The notes under the pieces were generated by a model. That model did no database searches. It worked only from the letters and a program-made list of their open reading frames with translations, and had not been told where the DNA came from. A stretch of DNA of 64,000 nt, from the IMG/VR virus record IMGVR_UViG_3300045988_034415, positions 82,807-146,806 of that record, one strand, 5' to 3'. Origin of the DNA: a virus. The position numbers and the translations under genes were made by a program. Positions within the stretch are counted from its first letter, which is position 1. Each line of letters starts with the position of its first letter. Of this stretch, positions 28,892-38,046 are shown piece by piece.

Positions 28892-29935
28892 ATGATAAAC
28901 ATATATGGGCAATCCGAACAGCCTATAGTAACCTCTGATGCTAAAAGTCCTTGGCAGCATCAACAAGCACATGAAGCAGCTAGTAAAGGATATGATGATT
29001 ATATGCAAGCAAAGAAGTATGAAGAAGGTTTGCATAATTTAAATGGAATCCTTACCTTTACAGACTATGCTACACTAGCAACAGGATTAGGTAGTTTACT
29101 TAGTAAGGGAGTTAGTTATGCTGGTAAGAGATTAATAAAGAAGGAAATTAGAAATGCAATGAGTACGTCCGGTAGTCCAATTAAGGGAAGTATAGCTAAG
29201 TTTAATATTAGTAAGGAGTCTCTTCCTGACTATGCTAAACCAAATTGGCAGGGAGATGAATTAGCTCTTACTAAAGAACGTCTTGCTAATGGTGGATTTG
29301 ATAGACTAGAGAAGTTTAGTAAGTATAGTGGAGAGAAGGCAGAACAGTTTAGAAATGTAACAGGTACAGGTTATAGAGATTTCTATCCATTTGAGAATGA
29401 CTTCGGTAAGACATATAGGCAGTATTTATTAGATTCCCAACCAGCTAAGGGAACTCGTGCTGATTTCAAAGTTAATAAAGAAGTTGCAGCATTCTCTGAC
29501 AGAACTCAAAATGTCTATACTACCATATTAGATGATGTTCCTGATAGATTTAAGAATCCTCAATATAGAACTACCACAGAAGCACATGAATTTGCACACT
29601 TTGCATTTAATCCACAAAGAAGACCACCTCTAGATGTATATAACCCTCCCTTAACAAATCCGCATAGGGAGTATTTATTAGGATTAAAAGATAGGAATGA
29701 ATATGGTACAGAATTGACAGCTAGAGGTACTCAAATTAAGAACTACTTTGGGTTAGATAAAGACAAACCAATTACAGAGGATATGCTTAAATATGCAGCG
29801 GACAACTATGTTAAGGATAAAGGATTTGATAATAATATGACAGATTTCTTCTCTGGAATTAAGAATTACAAAGAAATGGCTAAGTGGTTATCAGAGTTAT
29901 CCCCTATGTTAGTCCTTCCACTATTAAATTATTAA
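28892..29935 (+). CDS. zincin-like metallopeptidase (HEFAH motif), 347 aa; frame open upstream to 28766
   Basis: EAHEFAHFAF (HExxH); its reading frame is open from 28766 and overlaps the last 13 nt of the SLT gene in the -1 frame. Confidence 0.5.
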   Translation: MINIYGQSEQPIVTSDAKSPWQHQQAHEAASKGYDDYMQAKKYEEGLHNLNGILTFTDYATLATGLGSLLSKGVSYAGKRLIKKEIRNAMSTSGSPIKGSIAKFNISKESLPDYAKPNWQGDELALTKERLANGGFDRLEKFSKYSGEKAEQFRNVTGTGYRDFYPFENDFGKTYRQYLLDSQPAKGTRADFKVNKEVAAFSDRTQNVYTTILDDVPDRFKNPQYRTTTEAHEFAHFAFNPQRRPPLDVYNPPLTNPHREYLLGLKDRNEYGTELTARGTQIKNYFGLDKDKPITEDMLKYAADNYVKDKGFDNNMTDFFSGIKNYKEMAKWLSELSPMLVLPLLNY

Positions 29936-29939
29936 GGTT

Positions 29940-30413
29940 ATGATAAAGTTTAGTAAAGGTATATATCCAGACCACCCAACAGCTTTCATGTTCACAGGTT
30001 CTAATGAATTAGTAGTAGATTTAGATGAGCAAAACTTGAAAGTCTACTACTGGTGTTTATTTAGAAATAGAACTGTTAATAATAAGAAGTATGTTAGTAA
30101 GTATAGCTCACTAAAGGAGTTGAGAGAAGATATCTACGGTGAATGTTACTTCGCTCATCAATTCTATTATGATAAAGTATTGTTTAAGGATATTTACAAA
30201 CAGTTGGATAAGCAGCTACTACTTAGTAAGATTAATGATATGATAGCTAAGTATGGTAACATGATAGTAATAAATGACCGTGCTATATGCATTAAAACTG
30301 ATGAAGATATAAGACCTTACGATTATGTCAAGAACCTGTGTCCAGATAAAGAGGTGCTGTCATTTGACACATTAGAGAGAATATATGAACTAGGACTATG
30401 GGAGAATACATAA
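29940..30413 (+). CDS. hypothetical protein (157 aa)
   Basis: ORF track. Confidence 0.5.
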   Translation: MIKFSKGIYPDHPTAFMFTGSNELVVDLDEQNLKVYYWCLFRNRTVNNKKYVSKYSSLKELREDIYGECYFAHQFYYDKVLFKDIYKQLDKQLLLSKINDMIAKYGNMIVINDRAICIKTDEDIRPYDYVKNLCPDKEVLSFDTLERIYELGLWENT

Positions 30414-30517
30414 TATCAGTGTCTCTTACTAATAGGAGGAATGAATTATGAGAAGATTTAATAAATATGGATTTGGTACAACAGCTCCAGCAATTATAAA
30501 TAATAGAGAGTAATATT

Positions 30518-30784
30518 ATGGAAGAATATCCTTATACAGAGGTTGTAGACGGTAAAGAGTACACCTATATTAATATGGGTACGTACTATGTAACTAACTT
30601 AGAGACTGGAGACAGAAGACTTGTACAGAGAGAAGTGCCATTCTTATTCGATGATGAGTATGATACAGGTGTAAAAGATGAAGATGATACTGATTGCTTA
30701 ACTGGGCATGAAGAGATTCTTAACCCATTTAAAGCAGAATATGATGAGAATGGTAAGGAGATATTTATACCTAAAACCAAATGA
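30518..30784 (+). CDS. small acidic protein (88 aa)
   Basis: ORF track; strongly acidic (DDEYDTGVKDEDDTD). Confidence 0.45.
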   Translation: MEEYPYTEVVDGKEYTYINMGTYYVTNLETGDRRLVQREVPFLFDDEYDTGVKDEDDTDCLTGHEEILNPFKAEYDENGKEIFIPKTK

Positions 30785-30797
30785 AGAAATAAATACA

Positions 30798-31883
30798 ATG
30801 AGTAGAATAGTAACACAAAGTAAATTAAACGAATTAACAGGTAAGAATATAGATTACGGGAAGGGGGGGGGTTATTGTCCTCACTACCAAATCATAGTTA
30901 GTCTCTGGGGTAGCGTAGTTGCGTCTAGTAACTACCAGCCAAATCAATTAGTTAAAGAAGAAGATATAGTTGTAGACAAAGACCTATTCCTTATTAATGC
31001 GGAGACAGGTAGTTTATACTTTGCTGGCGGTGGTACCTATGCTCAAATTCCAGCTATAGACGGCCATGAGGATTTTATGTACATAGCTGGAGGAGGTGAA
31101 GCAATTGGAGCATTGTCTGTGCTTGGAGGATTGTATGTAGTTAATCAGTCTACCAAACAGTGGGAATTAAAATACAAAGATACTGTAAGAGCTTATAGTT
31201 ATGCTCGCTTGGCTAGGTTCTCTACTGGCTGGGTATTTTATAAGGGAGCAGGAGGAGACGGTAAGAACTATGTTATTATAGTGTATGATGACGGTACAGT
31301 AAAGGAGCGTAGTGTTGTAGGCCCAGTCAGCAGCATATCAACTGGGCCTTATGATTACTGCTGTGTTGGGGCATCATATCAGGGAGGAGCTAGAATATAT
31401 ACCTTCTTGGCTACATCTGTACCAGATTCTCTTACTTATTATACTCCTGGAATGTTTACACCAAGTGCAGTAATACAAGGGTTTCATTCTTCGCCAAGAA
31501 GTGTAGTATATAGCACTACTAGTAATTATACATACGTTAGTGCTAATCCAACTGGAACTCAATGGACTGCTGCAACCACTAGACCACAACTAACAGGTTT
31601 GACTAAAGGATTGTATGTAAATGAAGCTAGGACTAATACATTTATGCTTATAGGAAATAATATGAAGAGTGTGTCTACAGATGGGGGTAATAATTGGACT
31701 ACATCTACACTAGGTGAATATACTCTTACTGATTTAATATATGTAGATTCAAATTGGTATGCAATTGGTTCGAATAAAGCTAAAAGACTCCTATTGCAGA
31801 ATACAGCTTCTACATTTGACCAAAGTAATAAAATACTTGACTTGCCTGACTATTCTAGCCAAGTAATTAAAATTAGTACATAA
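30798..31883 (+). CDS. hypothetical protein (~361 aa) with an in-frame G9 tract near the N-terminus; start moved to ATG 30798
   Basis: The track ORF 30708.. overlaps the upstream gene by 77 nt; MSRIVTQSKLNE start at 30798 avoids the overlap; GKGGGYCPHYQ over G9 30863-30871. Confidence 0.5.
   Translation: MSRIVTQSKLNELTGKNIDYGKGGGYCPHYQIIVSLWGSVVASSNYQPNQLVKEEDIVVDKDLFLINAETGSLYFAGGGTYAQIPAIDGHEDFMYIAGGGEAIGALSVLGGLYVVNQSTKQWELKYKDTVRAYSYARLARFSTGWVFYKGAGGDGKNYVIIVYDDGTVKERSVVGPVSSISTGPYDYCCVGASYQGGARIYTFLATSVPDSLTYYTPGMFTPSAVIQGFHSSPRSVVYSTTSNYTYVSANPTGTQWTAATTRPQLTGLTKGLYVNEARTNTFMLIGNNMKSVSTDGGNNWTTSTLGEYTLTDLIYVDSNWYAIGSNKAKRLLLQNTASTFDQSNKILDLPDYSSQVIKIST
30863..30871 (+). repeat. G9 homopolymer (in frame, Gly-Gly-Gly)
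   Basis: Read directly: cggg aa ggggggggg ttattg. Confidence 0.95.
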
Positions 31884-31897
31884 CAGGTTGATATAAT

Positions 31898-31945
31898 AAA
31901 GCCCGAGCCTAGTAATTAAACTAAGTTCGGGCTTTGTTGTTTATA
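31898..31945. terminator. bidirectional intrinsic terminator between convergent genes
   Basis: aaagcccga (31898-31906) pairs with tcgggcttt (31927-31935); A-run on the left and T-run (gttgtttat) on the right. Confidence 0.5.
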
Positions 31946-32065
31946 ATAAGATTCCGTCTCGGTAAGTGAGAATACGTCAGAGCACACTGTCGTAGACCAC
32001 CAAGACGAAGATGTAAAAACTATCTTAGGCTTTGTGCCTAGCATCTACTGGCTGGTATCAATTTA

Positions 32066-32920
32066 TTATATAGCTGTAGTGTCTATAGAGAATGTCACGT
32101 ACCACCAATATAAATCATCTGCATTATCTATCCCAACTTCTAGTAGCTGTGACCAATTTACTCCTTTATATTTCCTTAAGTTTTTAAGCACATTTAGAAC
32201 ATCTTCCATAGAATTAATAATACATCCTTCAGCCCCATTTGTTCCATTGCTAATTGTCATATAAACTTGTAATTTAGATTTACCTCTAGGAACAACGGCA
32301 AATGTTTCATAATGGTCTTTTATGTTCAAAATAATATCTTCTATATGTTCTAGAACATTGGCTTGTAAGGGTTCGCCAGTCAGGTTACACATTCTTAAGC
32401 CTTTGGGGGTTCTTTCATAATATAAATGCTTTAAGGACCCAAGTGTATCATACCAAGTTCCAGAGTTAAACAGTTTAATTACTTGTTTACGTTCCTCCTC
32501 ATTATAAGGACTCCACCTATTCCCAAATCCTCTACTGGTTCTATCATTGTATGTTTCTGTTCCCGATTGTACTATATAGTCAATGATATCATCCAAATTA
32601 GATTCTATTATTTCAGTAGCGTAGTCTAAGGGATACTTTCCGTCAACTACTTTAGTAGTATCAGCCTCAAGAATGAGATATTCTTCATGCGAGAACAATA
32701 GCTCTCTGGTTTCGGAAGTAGAGAATATGCAGGCATTTGTGTCAAATAGAAAGCTGTCAGCCTGATGTTTTACCCCTGTTAGACAGTCAATACAGAATTG
32801 TTTTATCTTATCTCTTTGTGCCTTTAGTGATGATGCTATATCATTACAATTGAACTGTAAATTTATAGATTGCATATCAAAGTAAAGGATTAGCCATTTA
32901 TTATACTCCTCATTTATCAT
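32066..32920 (-). CDS. hypothetical protein (284 aa)
   Basis: ORF track. Confidence 0.5.
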   Translation of the reverse strand: MINEEYNKWLILYFDMQSINLQFNCNDIASSLKAQRDKIKQFCIDCLTGVKHQADSFLFDTNACIFSTSETRELLFSHEEYLILEADTTKVVDGKYPLDYATEIIESNLDDIIDYIVQSGTETYNDRTSRGFGNRWSPYNEEERKQVIKLFNSGTWYDTLGSLKHLYYERTPKGLRMCNLTGEPLQANVLEHIEDIILNIKDHYETFAVVPRGKSKLQVYMTISNGTNGAEGCIINSMEDVLNVLKNLRKYKGVNWSQLLEVGIDNADDLYWWYVTFSIDTTAI

Positions 32921-32926
32921 AGTTCA

Positions 32927-33208
32927 TCAATCAAAACTTCCAAAACTAGCTACTAAGCTCATTGGTATGTGTACTGTATCTTTTACTCTACGAGTACCGT
33001 CCTCATTACAATGATTCTCAATACCTCTTCCCAATATTATTGATTTATCATCCATATATGCCAAGTAGCCCACTGTGGTTATCAAATTCTCATCTGGGCA
33101 TTTTCCTAGTATATGTCCTCCACGCAATACGTATCTATCGTCCCAATGAACCCACATAGGTTCTCCTACTTCATATCCTAGTTTCTGTACATTTAATTTA
33201 TTATCCAT
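32927..33208 (-). CDS. hypothetical protein (93 aa)
   Basis: ORF track. Confidence 0.45.
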   Translation of the reverse strand: MDNKLNVQKLGYEVGEPMWVHWDDRYVLRGGHILGKCPDENLITTVGYLAYMDDKSIILGRGIENHCNEDGTRRVKDTVHIPMSLVASFGSFD

Positions 33209-33209
33209 A

Positions 33210-33890
33210 TTAACTACCTACAAGTATTTTAACATTACCAGTCTCTATATCGAGAGTAGCTTTCTCAAGCCATAAATCTTCTATATGATGTCCCCATATT
33301 CCATACTTACCTGGATTCTCCTTCTCTTCTTCGTAAATCCTTCTATATGCAAGAACTATTTCATTTATCAAATCATTCAAAACGATACATTTAACAGTGA
33401 ATGTGTATGGATTCTTTAACGGATAATTAATAGTTACGTTTACTGTATGATTCTTGAAATAGCTATCAACATGACCAAAGAGGAAAATTCCACAGTCAAT
33501 GGAGTATTTATGAATCTTTATGTTAACACCTTTAGGAAGTAATTCGCGCTCCCTCTCTATTGTGAATTTAGACGGAAGTCTGTTTATTACTTCCTGCATA
33601 TCAAAGTCCTTGTCACCATATACACCTATTCCAGATTCTTTATGCTGAACATACACATAATACATTAGCCTATATTGATTGTCTCCTACACAAACATCTA
33701 GCTCATGCATACTAATATCATAATCTGGATTTAATTCCCTAATTTCATTTAGCCTATCGTTATCATTAAAGATTGCACAGATGGTTTGGTCCGCTTGTTC
33801 CTCCGTTATCAAATTGTTCTCTAGTAATTTGCCTACTAGGACAGGTACTATCTCCTCCACTTCATCAACATTAATTAATCGCTTTCCCAT
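33210..33890 (-). CDS. hypothetical protein (226 aa)
   Basis: ORF track. Confidence 0.5.
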   Translation of the reverse strand: MGKRLINVDEVEEIVPVLVGKLLENNLITEEQADQTICAIFNDNDRLNEIRELNPDYDISMHELDVCVGDNQYRLMYYVYVQHKESGIGVYGDKDFDMQEVINRLPSKFTIERERELLPKGVNIKIHKYSIDCGIFLFGHVDSYFKNHTVNVTINYPLKNPYTFTVKCIVLNDLINEIVLAYRRIYEEEKENPGKYGIWGHHIEDLWLEKATLDIETGNVKILVGS

Positions 33891-34084
33891 TCTTCTTCTA
33901 ATGTATTATATAATTTAATAAAATCTTCTCCTTTATATTCACATACACATTCATTATCCTTATTAAAGATAGTAAGCATGTGCATATCCTTAGATTGTCC
34001 ATTGTCTACATAAGAATACATCCCGTGTACCAATACGTATTCGGGATGTTTCTCATTCCAGTTATTTACAAGTTCCTTCATCAC
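33875..34084 (-). CDS. hypothetical protein (69 aa)
   Basis: ORF track; overlapping start/stop arrangement. Confidence 0.4.
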   Translation of the reverse strand: MMKELVNNWNEKHPEYVLVHGMYSYVDNGQSKDMHMLTIFNKDNECVCEYKGEDFIKLYNTLEEEWESD

Positions 34085-34322
34085 TAAGTGTTATTCCATT
34101 ACTAGCATAAGATATAAATGTACCTGTGTCATATGGTCTCCAGCCACTATTATCTCTACGTATAGTAGTTGTCTGTCCTACGTTAAATTGTGAAATCTCT
34201 ACTATGTTATCAAGAACTCTAAATAAGTCCTCTATTGATAAGTTTGGAAGTATCTGATGTAAATTCTCTAATGTCTTTCTAACGTCAATCATAATAGTAT
34301 ATTTTAGCAAATTGTACATCAC
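34062..34322 (-). CDS. hypothetical protein (86 aa)
   Basis: ORF track. Confidence 0.4.
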   Translation of the reverse strand: MMYNLLKYTIMIDVRKTLENLHQILPNLSIEDLFRVLDNIVEISQFNVGQTTTIRRDNSGWRPYDTGTFISYASNGITLSDEGTCK

Positions 34323-34524
34323 CTATACTAATATTAGGCAGTAATACTTTATATAGTTCTGTAGATTCAAATGTATCTTTATATTCCCTAGGAACTAACA
34401 GAGTATCAACATGATGTCCTCTAGATATTCTAGCTAGATAGGAAATTTTACTATCATCAAAGTCTGTAAGTTCCAACATAATGGCATTATGATGCCTAGG
34501 ACAGTTCCCACTAAGTATTATCAT
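34285..34524 (-). CDS. hypothetical protein (79 aa)
   Basis: ORF track. Confidence 0.4.
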   Translation of the reverse strand: MIILSGNCPRHHNAIMLELTDFDDSKISYLARISRGHHVDTLLVPREYKDTFESTELYKVLLPNISIGDVQFAKIYYYD

Positions 34525-34527
34525 AAT

Positions 34528-34689
34528 TACTTCTCCTGTAGTAAGATTCTCATCTCTTCCTTCCAGTTCTTATACCACTGTTCATTAATAAGGTCTTCTG
34601 ATTCAATTAATTCAATCAAATCCTTAGTGCCATTATGAATTTGGCTACATAAATACTGTGCTAATTGGTTCTTTAATTCATCCATAATT
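34528..34689 (-). CDS. small hypothetical protein (53 aa, below the track cutoff)
   Basis: Own translation MDELKNQLAQYLCSQIHNGTKDLIELIESEDLINEQWYKNWKEEMRILLQEK fills the gap between flanking genes. Confidence 0.3.
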
Positions 34690-34690
34690 A

Positions 34691-34888
34691 TTAGTCTTTA
34701 GTTTTAACATAAAGTTGGCAATGGCAAGTCCCTTCTTCCATTTCCCTAAACTCTTTACACATACATACTGTATCTTCATCTCTTACTAAAGAGCATGGAC
34801 AATACTTCTTACCATACTTCTCTTTATTCCTTTTAAGTCCTGCTAGGACTGTTTCCTTTACTTCTTTATTATCAGTTACTTTAATCAT
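34691..34888 (-). CDS. zinc-ribbon-like small protein (65 aa)
   Basis: CPCS...CMCK...CHCQ cysteine pattern. Confidence 0.45.
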   Translation of the reverse strand: MIKVTDNKEVKETVLAGLKRNKEKYGKKYCPCSLVRDEDTVCMCKEFREMEEGTCHCQLYVKTKD

Positions 34889-35531
34889 TGCGCTGACGCT
34901 GTATACAGTTCTATGTTTAGGTCTATTTCCCCACCAGTAAATCTAAATACTCTACCAGAATTATTCATTTTGACCCACCTTCCAGATGAAGGGAGTGTTA
35001 CTCCTTCTGCCCAATTCTCAGATTGAGAATCTACTGCTAATGTAATTTGAGACACTTGCCTAAGCATCACGTATCCCTCAAAACGTATCCAAACAGGTGT
35101 ATTATATGGGTCTTGGTTAGGAAGTGCTAATTTCTCTAAGTAATATTTAAGAGGATTTGCTAAAGTCTTAGTGTACGTTCGTTCTCCTTGCTCTAATCTT
35201 GGAGTAATTGTAAAGTACATAGTATTGTCAGAATACTCAAACGGCTCTCCATTCACTGAACTCTCATTAACAAATGAGAAACGTACTCTAAATTGCCGTA
35301 TATTATTAATTGGCATATCCTGCCAACCATAATGAAGGATTACATTTGGAGCAGTTATAGCTGCCTCTATACCTTCTAACTCTACTAACTGATTATCAGT
35401 ATAACTAAATCCACTTTTAATCTGACATCCTAATTCAAGTGCTCTAGCTTTAGTACAGCACTTATTATCAATTACCGAGAGAGTCCCCCCCCCATAGTCT
35501 TAGCTTCTAATTCTGTTGCTATTTTACTCAT
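34885..35531 (-). CDS. G9-tract-disrupted gene: N-terminal 19 codons (35475-35531) out of register with ORF 34885..35316
   Basis: Minus-strand ATG at 35531 (ATGAGTAA overlap with the upstream stop) reads MSKIATELEAKTMGGGLSR*; one extra G (G10) fuses it in frame to MPINNIRQFRV... giving ~215 aa. Confidence 0.45.
35485..35493 (-). repeat. G9 homopolymer (C9 on the plus strand) in the N-terminal Gly-Gly-Gly codons
   Basis: Read directly: gagagt ccccccccc atagt. Confidence 0.95.
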
Positions 35532-35793
35532 GGTTCTTGTATCGTTCTGTAATATTAATTAAATCCTTGTTGTCATGCAGTAACTCTAAGAAAGCCTTGT
35601 CTACTGCTATATCAAATGCAGTATTAGTAATGATTGGTTCTTTATGCACTCTCTCAATCTCTTCTCTAATCATTTGTTCAGATAATTGAGTGTATAATCG
35701 TCTGGTATAATCATTATACCAAGGCTCTTTAAATGTTACTATAATTTCTTCTCCTGTCATAAATATATTGTCTTTAGTAATCCAGGTAGGCAA
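35524..35793 (-). CDS. hypothetical protein (89 aa)
   Basis: ORF track. Confidence 0.45.
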   Translation of the reverse strand: MPTWITKDNIFMTGEEIIVTFKEPWYNDYTRRLYTQLSEQMIREEIERVHKEPIITNTAFDIAVDKAFLELLHDNKDLINITERYKNHE

Positions 35794-35863
35794 TACTTCC
35801 AGCCTGGATATATGTACGCATTCCTATATAATGCTTCTTCTACTAATTCTACTTCTTGTGTTA

Positions 35864-36175
35864 TCATTGATTAGCCTTTGCTCTTGCTAAATAGTCTCTA
35901 GTTTGCCATCTGCCATCATATTCCATATCCCATGGAGCTACCTTATTTAGTATTTGTAGTAGCTCCTCACCACTTATAGAGTCTCTATGTTTGAGTGTAT
36001 GAAGTATTTCATCCTTAAGGTTTCTAATATAGAAGTCTCTCATATGTATGTTAGCATATAATTCCTTTATATAATCCCTCATATACTCTGCTAATTTGTA
36101 GTCATTAGTCTTTAATAATTCTAGAGCTCTCTGGTCTACATTATCATAATCACCTGGTATCTGTTCTAGTTTCAT
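35864..36175 (-). CDS. hypothetical protein (103 aa)
   Basis: ORF track. Confidence 0.45.
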   Translation of the reverse strand: MKLEQIPGDYDNVDQRALELLKTNDYKLAEYMRDYIKELYANIHMRDFYIRNLKDEILHTLKHRDSISGEELLQILNKVAPWDMEYDGRWQTRDYLARAKANQ

Positions 36176-36546
36176 TGAAGTTTCTCTAAGTTCTTTACTA
36201 TCGTGAATAGCTCATCTGGTTCGAATGATGTGATATCATTAATAACATCAACCATATACTCTTTAACTTCATCTAGAGTCATTATTTTAAATTCATCCTT
36301 AGATAGACCTTTAGTTTTGATAAATTTACTAAATATGTCTATAATCTGGACTAAGTTGTGCTTATCTTGTAAATAGAACTCACCCTTCTCTGGATGAGAT
36401 GCTAATTTAAATATATCTGCATTATCTGTAATTACTTGTTCATATTCCTCATCACTAAGAAGATTCATTAACGCTACAGCTTTATCATATAGCAATTTAA
36501 CTTCCTTCTCTTCATACTGCTTATTAATTCTATCAATATGTCTCAT
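36172..36546 (-). CDS. hypothetical protein (124 aa)
   Basis: ORF track. Confidence 0.45.
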   Translation of the reverse strand: MRHIDRINKQYEEKEVKLLYDKAVALMNLLSDEEYEQVITDNADIFKLASHPEKGEFYLQDKHNLVQIIDIFSKFIKTKGLSKDEFKIMTLDEVKEYMVDVINDITSFEPDELFTIVKNLEKLQ

Positions 36547-36548
36547 TA

Positions 36549-36803
36549 TTAGCGAATGTTATTATAAATGCAAGATAGTTGCATTAAATATTCAATACCA
36601 GCTCCATTAGCTAGTCCGTCTTGCAATTTATTTAATAATTCTAATTTTACATCTGTTGTTTTATTGTCTAACTTCACCCAGTTAGTTGCCTTTGATTCAT
36701 TACATCCTAAATCAGTATTTACTGGACATTCTGACAAACTAGTCTTTAATATTTTTACTTCATCTACTTCTTTACTTGTTAAGTCTTTAACTTCTTTAGC
36801 CAT
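36549..36803 (-). CDS. hypothetical protein (84 aa); first gene of the minus-strand small-gene operon
   Basis: ORF track. Confidence 0.45.
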   Translation of the reverse strand: MAKEVKDLTSKEVDEVKILKTSLSECPVNTDLGCNESKATNWVKLDNKTTDVKLELLNKLQDGLANGAGIEYLMQLSCIYNNIR

Positions 36804-36900
36804 TGTTATAAATTTTAGTTATTGTTAATAATTCTGATTTAAGTTCGCAAATATATTATTATTTAATTTGACAATACAAAATTAGTTATATATTTCAATA

Positions 36901-36914
36901 TTACCAAATGGTAA
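36901..36914. promoter_or_regulatory. perfect palindrome TTACCAAATGGTAA (operator-like)
   Basis: Read directly in the divergent AT-rich intergenic region. Confidence 0.4.
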
Positions 36915-36933
36915 TATAATTATTAATATATAT

Positions 36934-37148
36934 TATATATTGCCAACTCAAATTCACAGTTAATATTAAGTATATTGCCAACTCGGAACTTCATGACGTG
37001 CTGTGGCAATCTGCGCCCCTTCGGGGCTTGCTTGCAATTAGTAAGATGAATAGAAATTAATATATATTGCCAACTCACAAGTACGGGTGCTCAAAATCAC
37101 ACCCCTCCCACTCCCGGGGTGGGTTGTCATATTATATATTGCCAACTC
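36934..37148 (+). repeat. array of four direct repeats (TA)TATATTGCCAACTC (iteron/operator-like)
   Basis: Copies at 36934-36949, 36971-36984, 37061-37076 and 37133-37148; interspersed GC-rich hairpins (gcccc-ttc-ggggc at 37015-37027; cccactcccggggtggg at 37105-37123). Confidence 0.8.
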
Positions 37149-37456
37149 GGATGCTGGGTGAATATTGCAAGATTTGTGTATATTGCGGATACGACAGTCG
37201 TGTTACCCTTCACACCCCTCACCCATGTTTGGAGAAAATCAAAAGATTTATATCATTTGGTTTTGCTTTATAATATTCATTTTAAAATTATTAGCTTATG
37301 TACACTATTTTATCAAACGGTTTAGTTCGTGTTAATCTTACAGGTTGTTATATCACAATGTCAGAATATAAAGAACTAATTGCAGGCGTATAAAATTAAA
37401 TTAAGAACGGGTAAATAAGTCCGTTCTATATTGTTTCACTAATAAATTATTAAACT

Positions 37457-37939
37457 ATGAATTTAACAGAATTACAAGAAGTTAACAAGAAGTTACCGAA
37501 AGCAAGCAAAAACGAAATTGCGGCAGCTTTAAACCGTTTGGGTGTGAATCCTGATTCTATCAAGGTAGGCGACAAATTGAAGTTTCCCGCTGAAATTAAC
37601 GAATTTAACGGAACAATCACAAAGGGAGTTGTAAACGGTAATACATTCTTTCAAGTTGCCGTAGAGGTTAACGGAACGGCAAGAAACGTGTCTATCAATT
37701 CTTTGTTCCGGTCTTTCAACGACCGTGAAAACAACAAGCGTATTACACCGGTTGACATTCTTCCAGAGGCGGACAAAGACAAATGTATTTTCACTATGTT
37801 TGAAAATAAGACAATAGCGGAATGTCTTGCAGATTTACAAGGTACGGAAGTAACCGCAAAGGCGATAGAAACGTTTGAAAGCGTCGCAAGAGACGGCAGC
37901 CAAATGAACGTAAATGTCATTGCATATTGCAAGGAATAA
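37457..37939 (+). CDS. hypothetical protein (160 aa) with atypical (GC-richer) codon usage
   Basis: ORF track; GCG/CCG/CGT/GGC codons are frequent, unlike the neighbours. Confidence 0.5.
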   Translation: MNLTELQEVNKKLPKASKNEIAAALNRLGVNPDSIKVGDKLKFPAEINEFNGTITKGVVNGNTFFQVAVEVNGTARNVSINSLFRSFNDRENNKRITPVDILPEADKDKCIFTMFENKTIAECLADLQGTEVTAKAIETFESVARDGSQMNVNVIAYCKE

Positions 37940-38046
37940 CAAAGTACTTCTTATTGAAAGGCACATTTAGAAAGTCTATTTGTGTCTTTCTTTTTATCAT
38001 GCTTATTCAGATATATTTGTTAGTATGTAGTTAGCCGAATAGTGAA

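Noticed and set aside
36934-37148. CRISPR array
   Set aside because: Repeats are only 14-16 nt and spacers are of very unequal length (23-74 nt) and partly structured. There are no cas genes, so this is not a CRISPR array.
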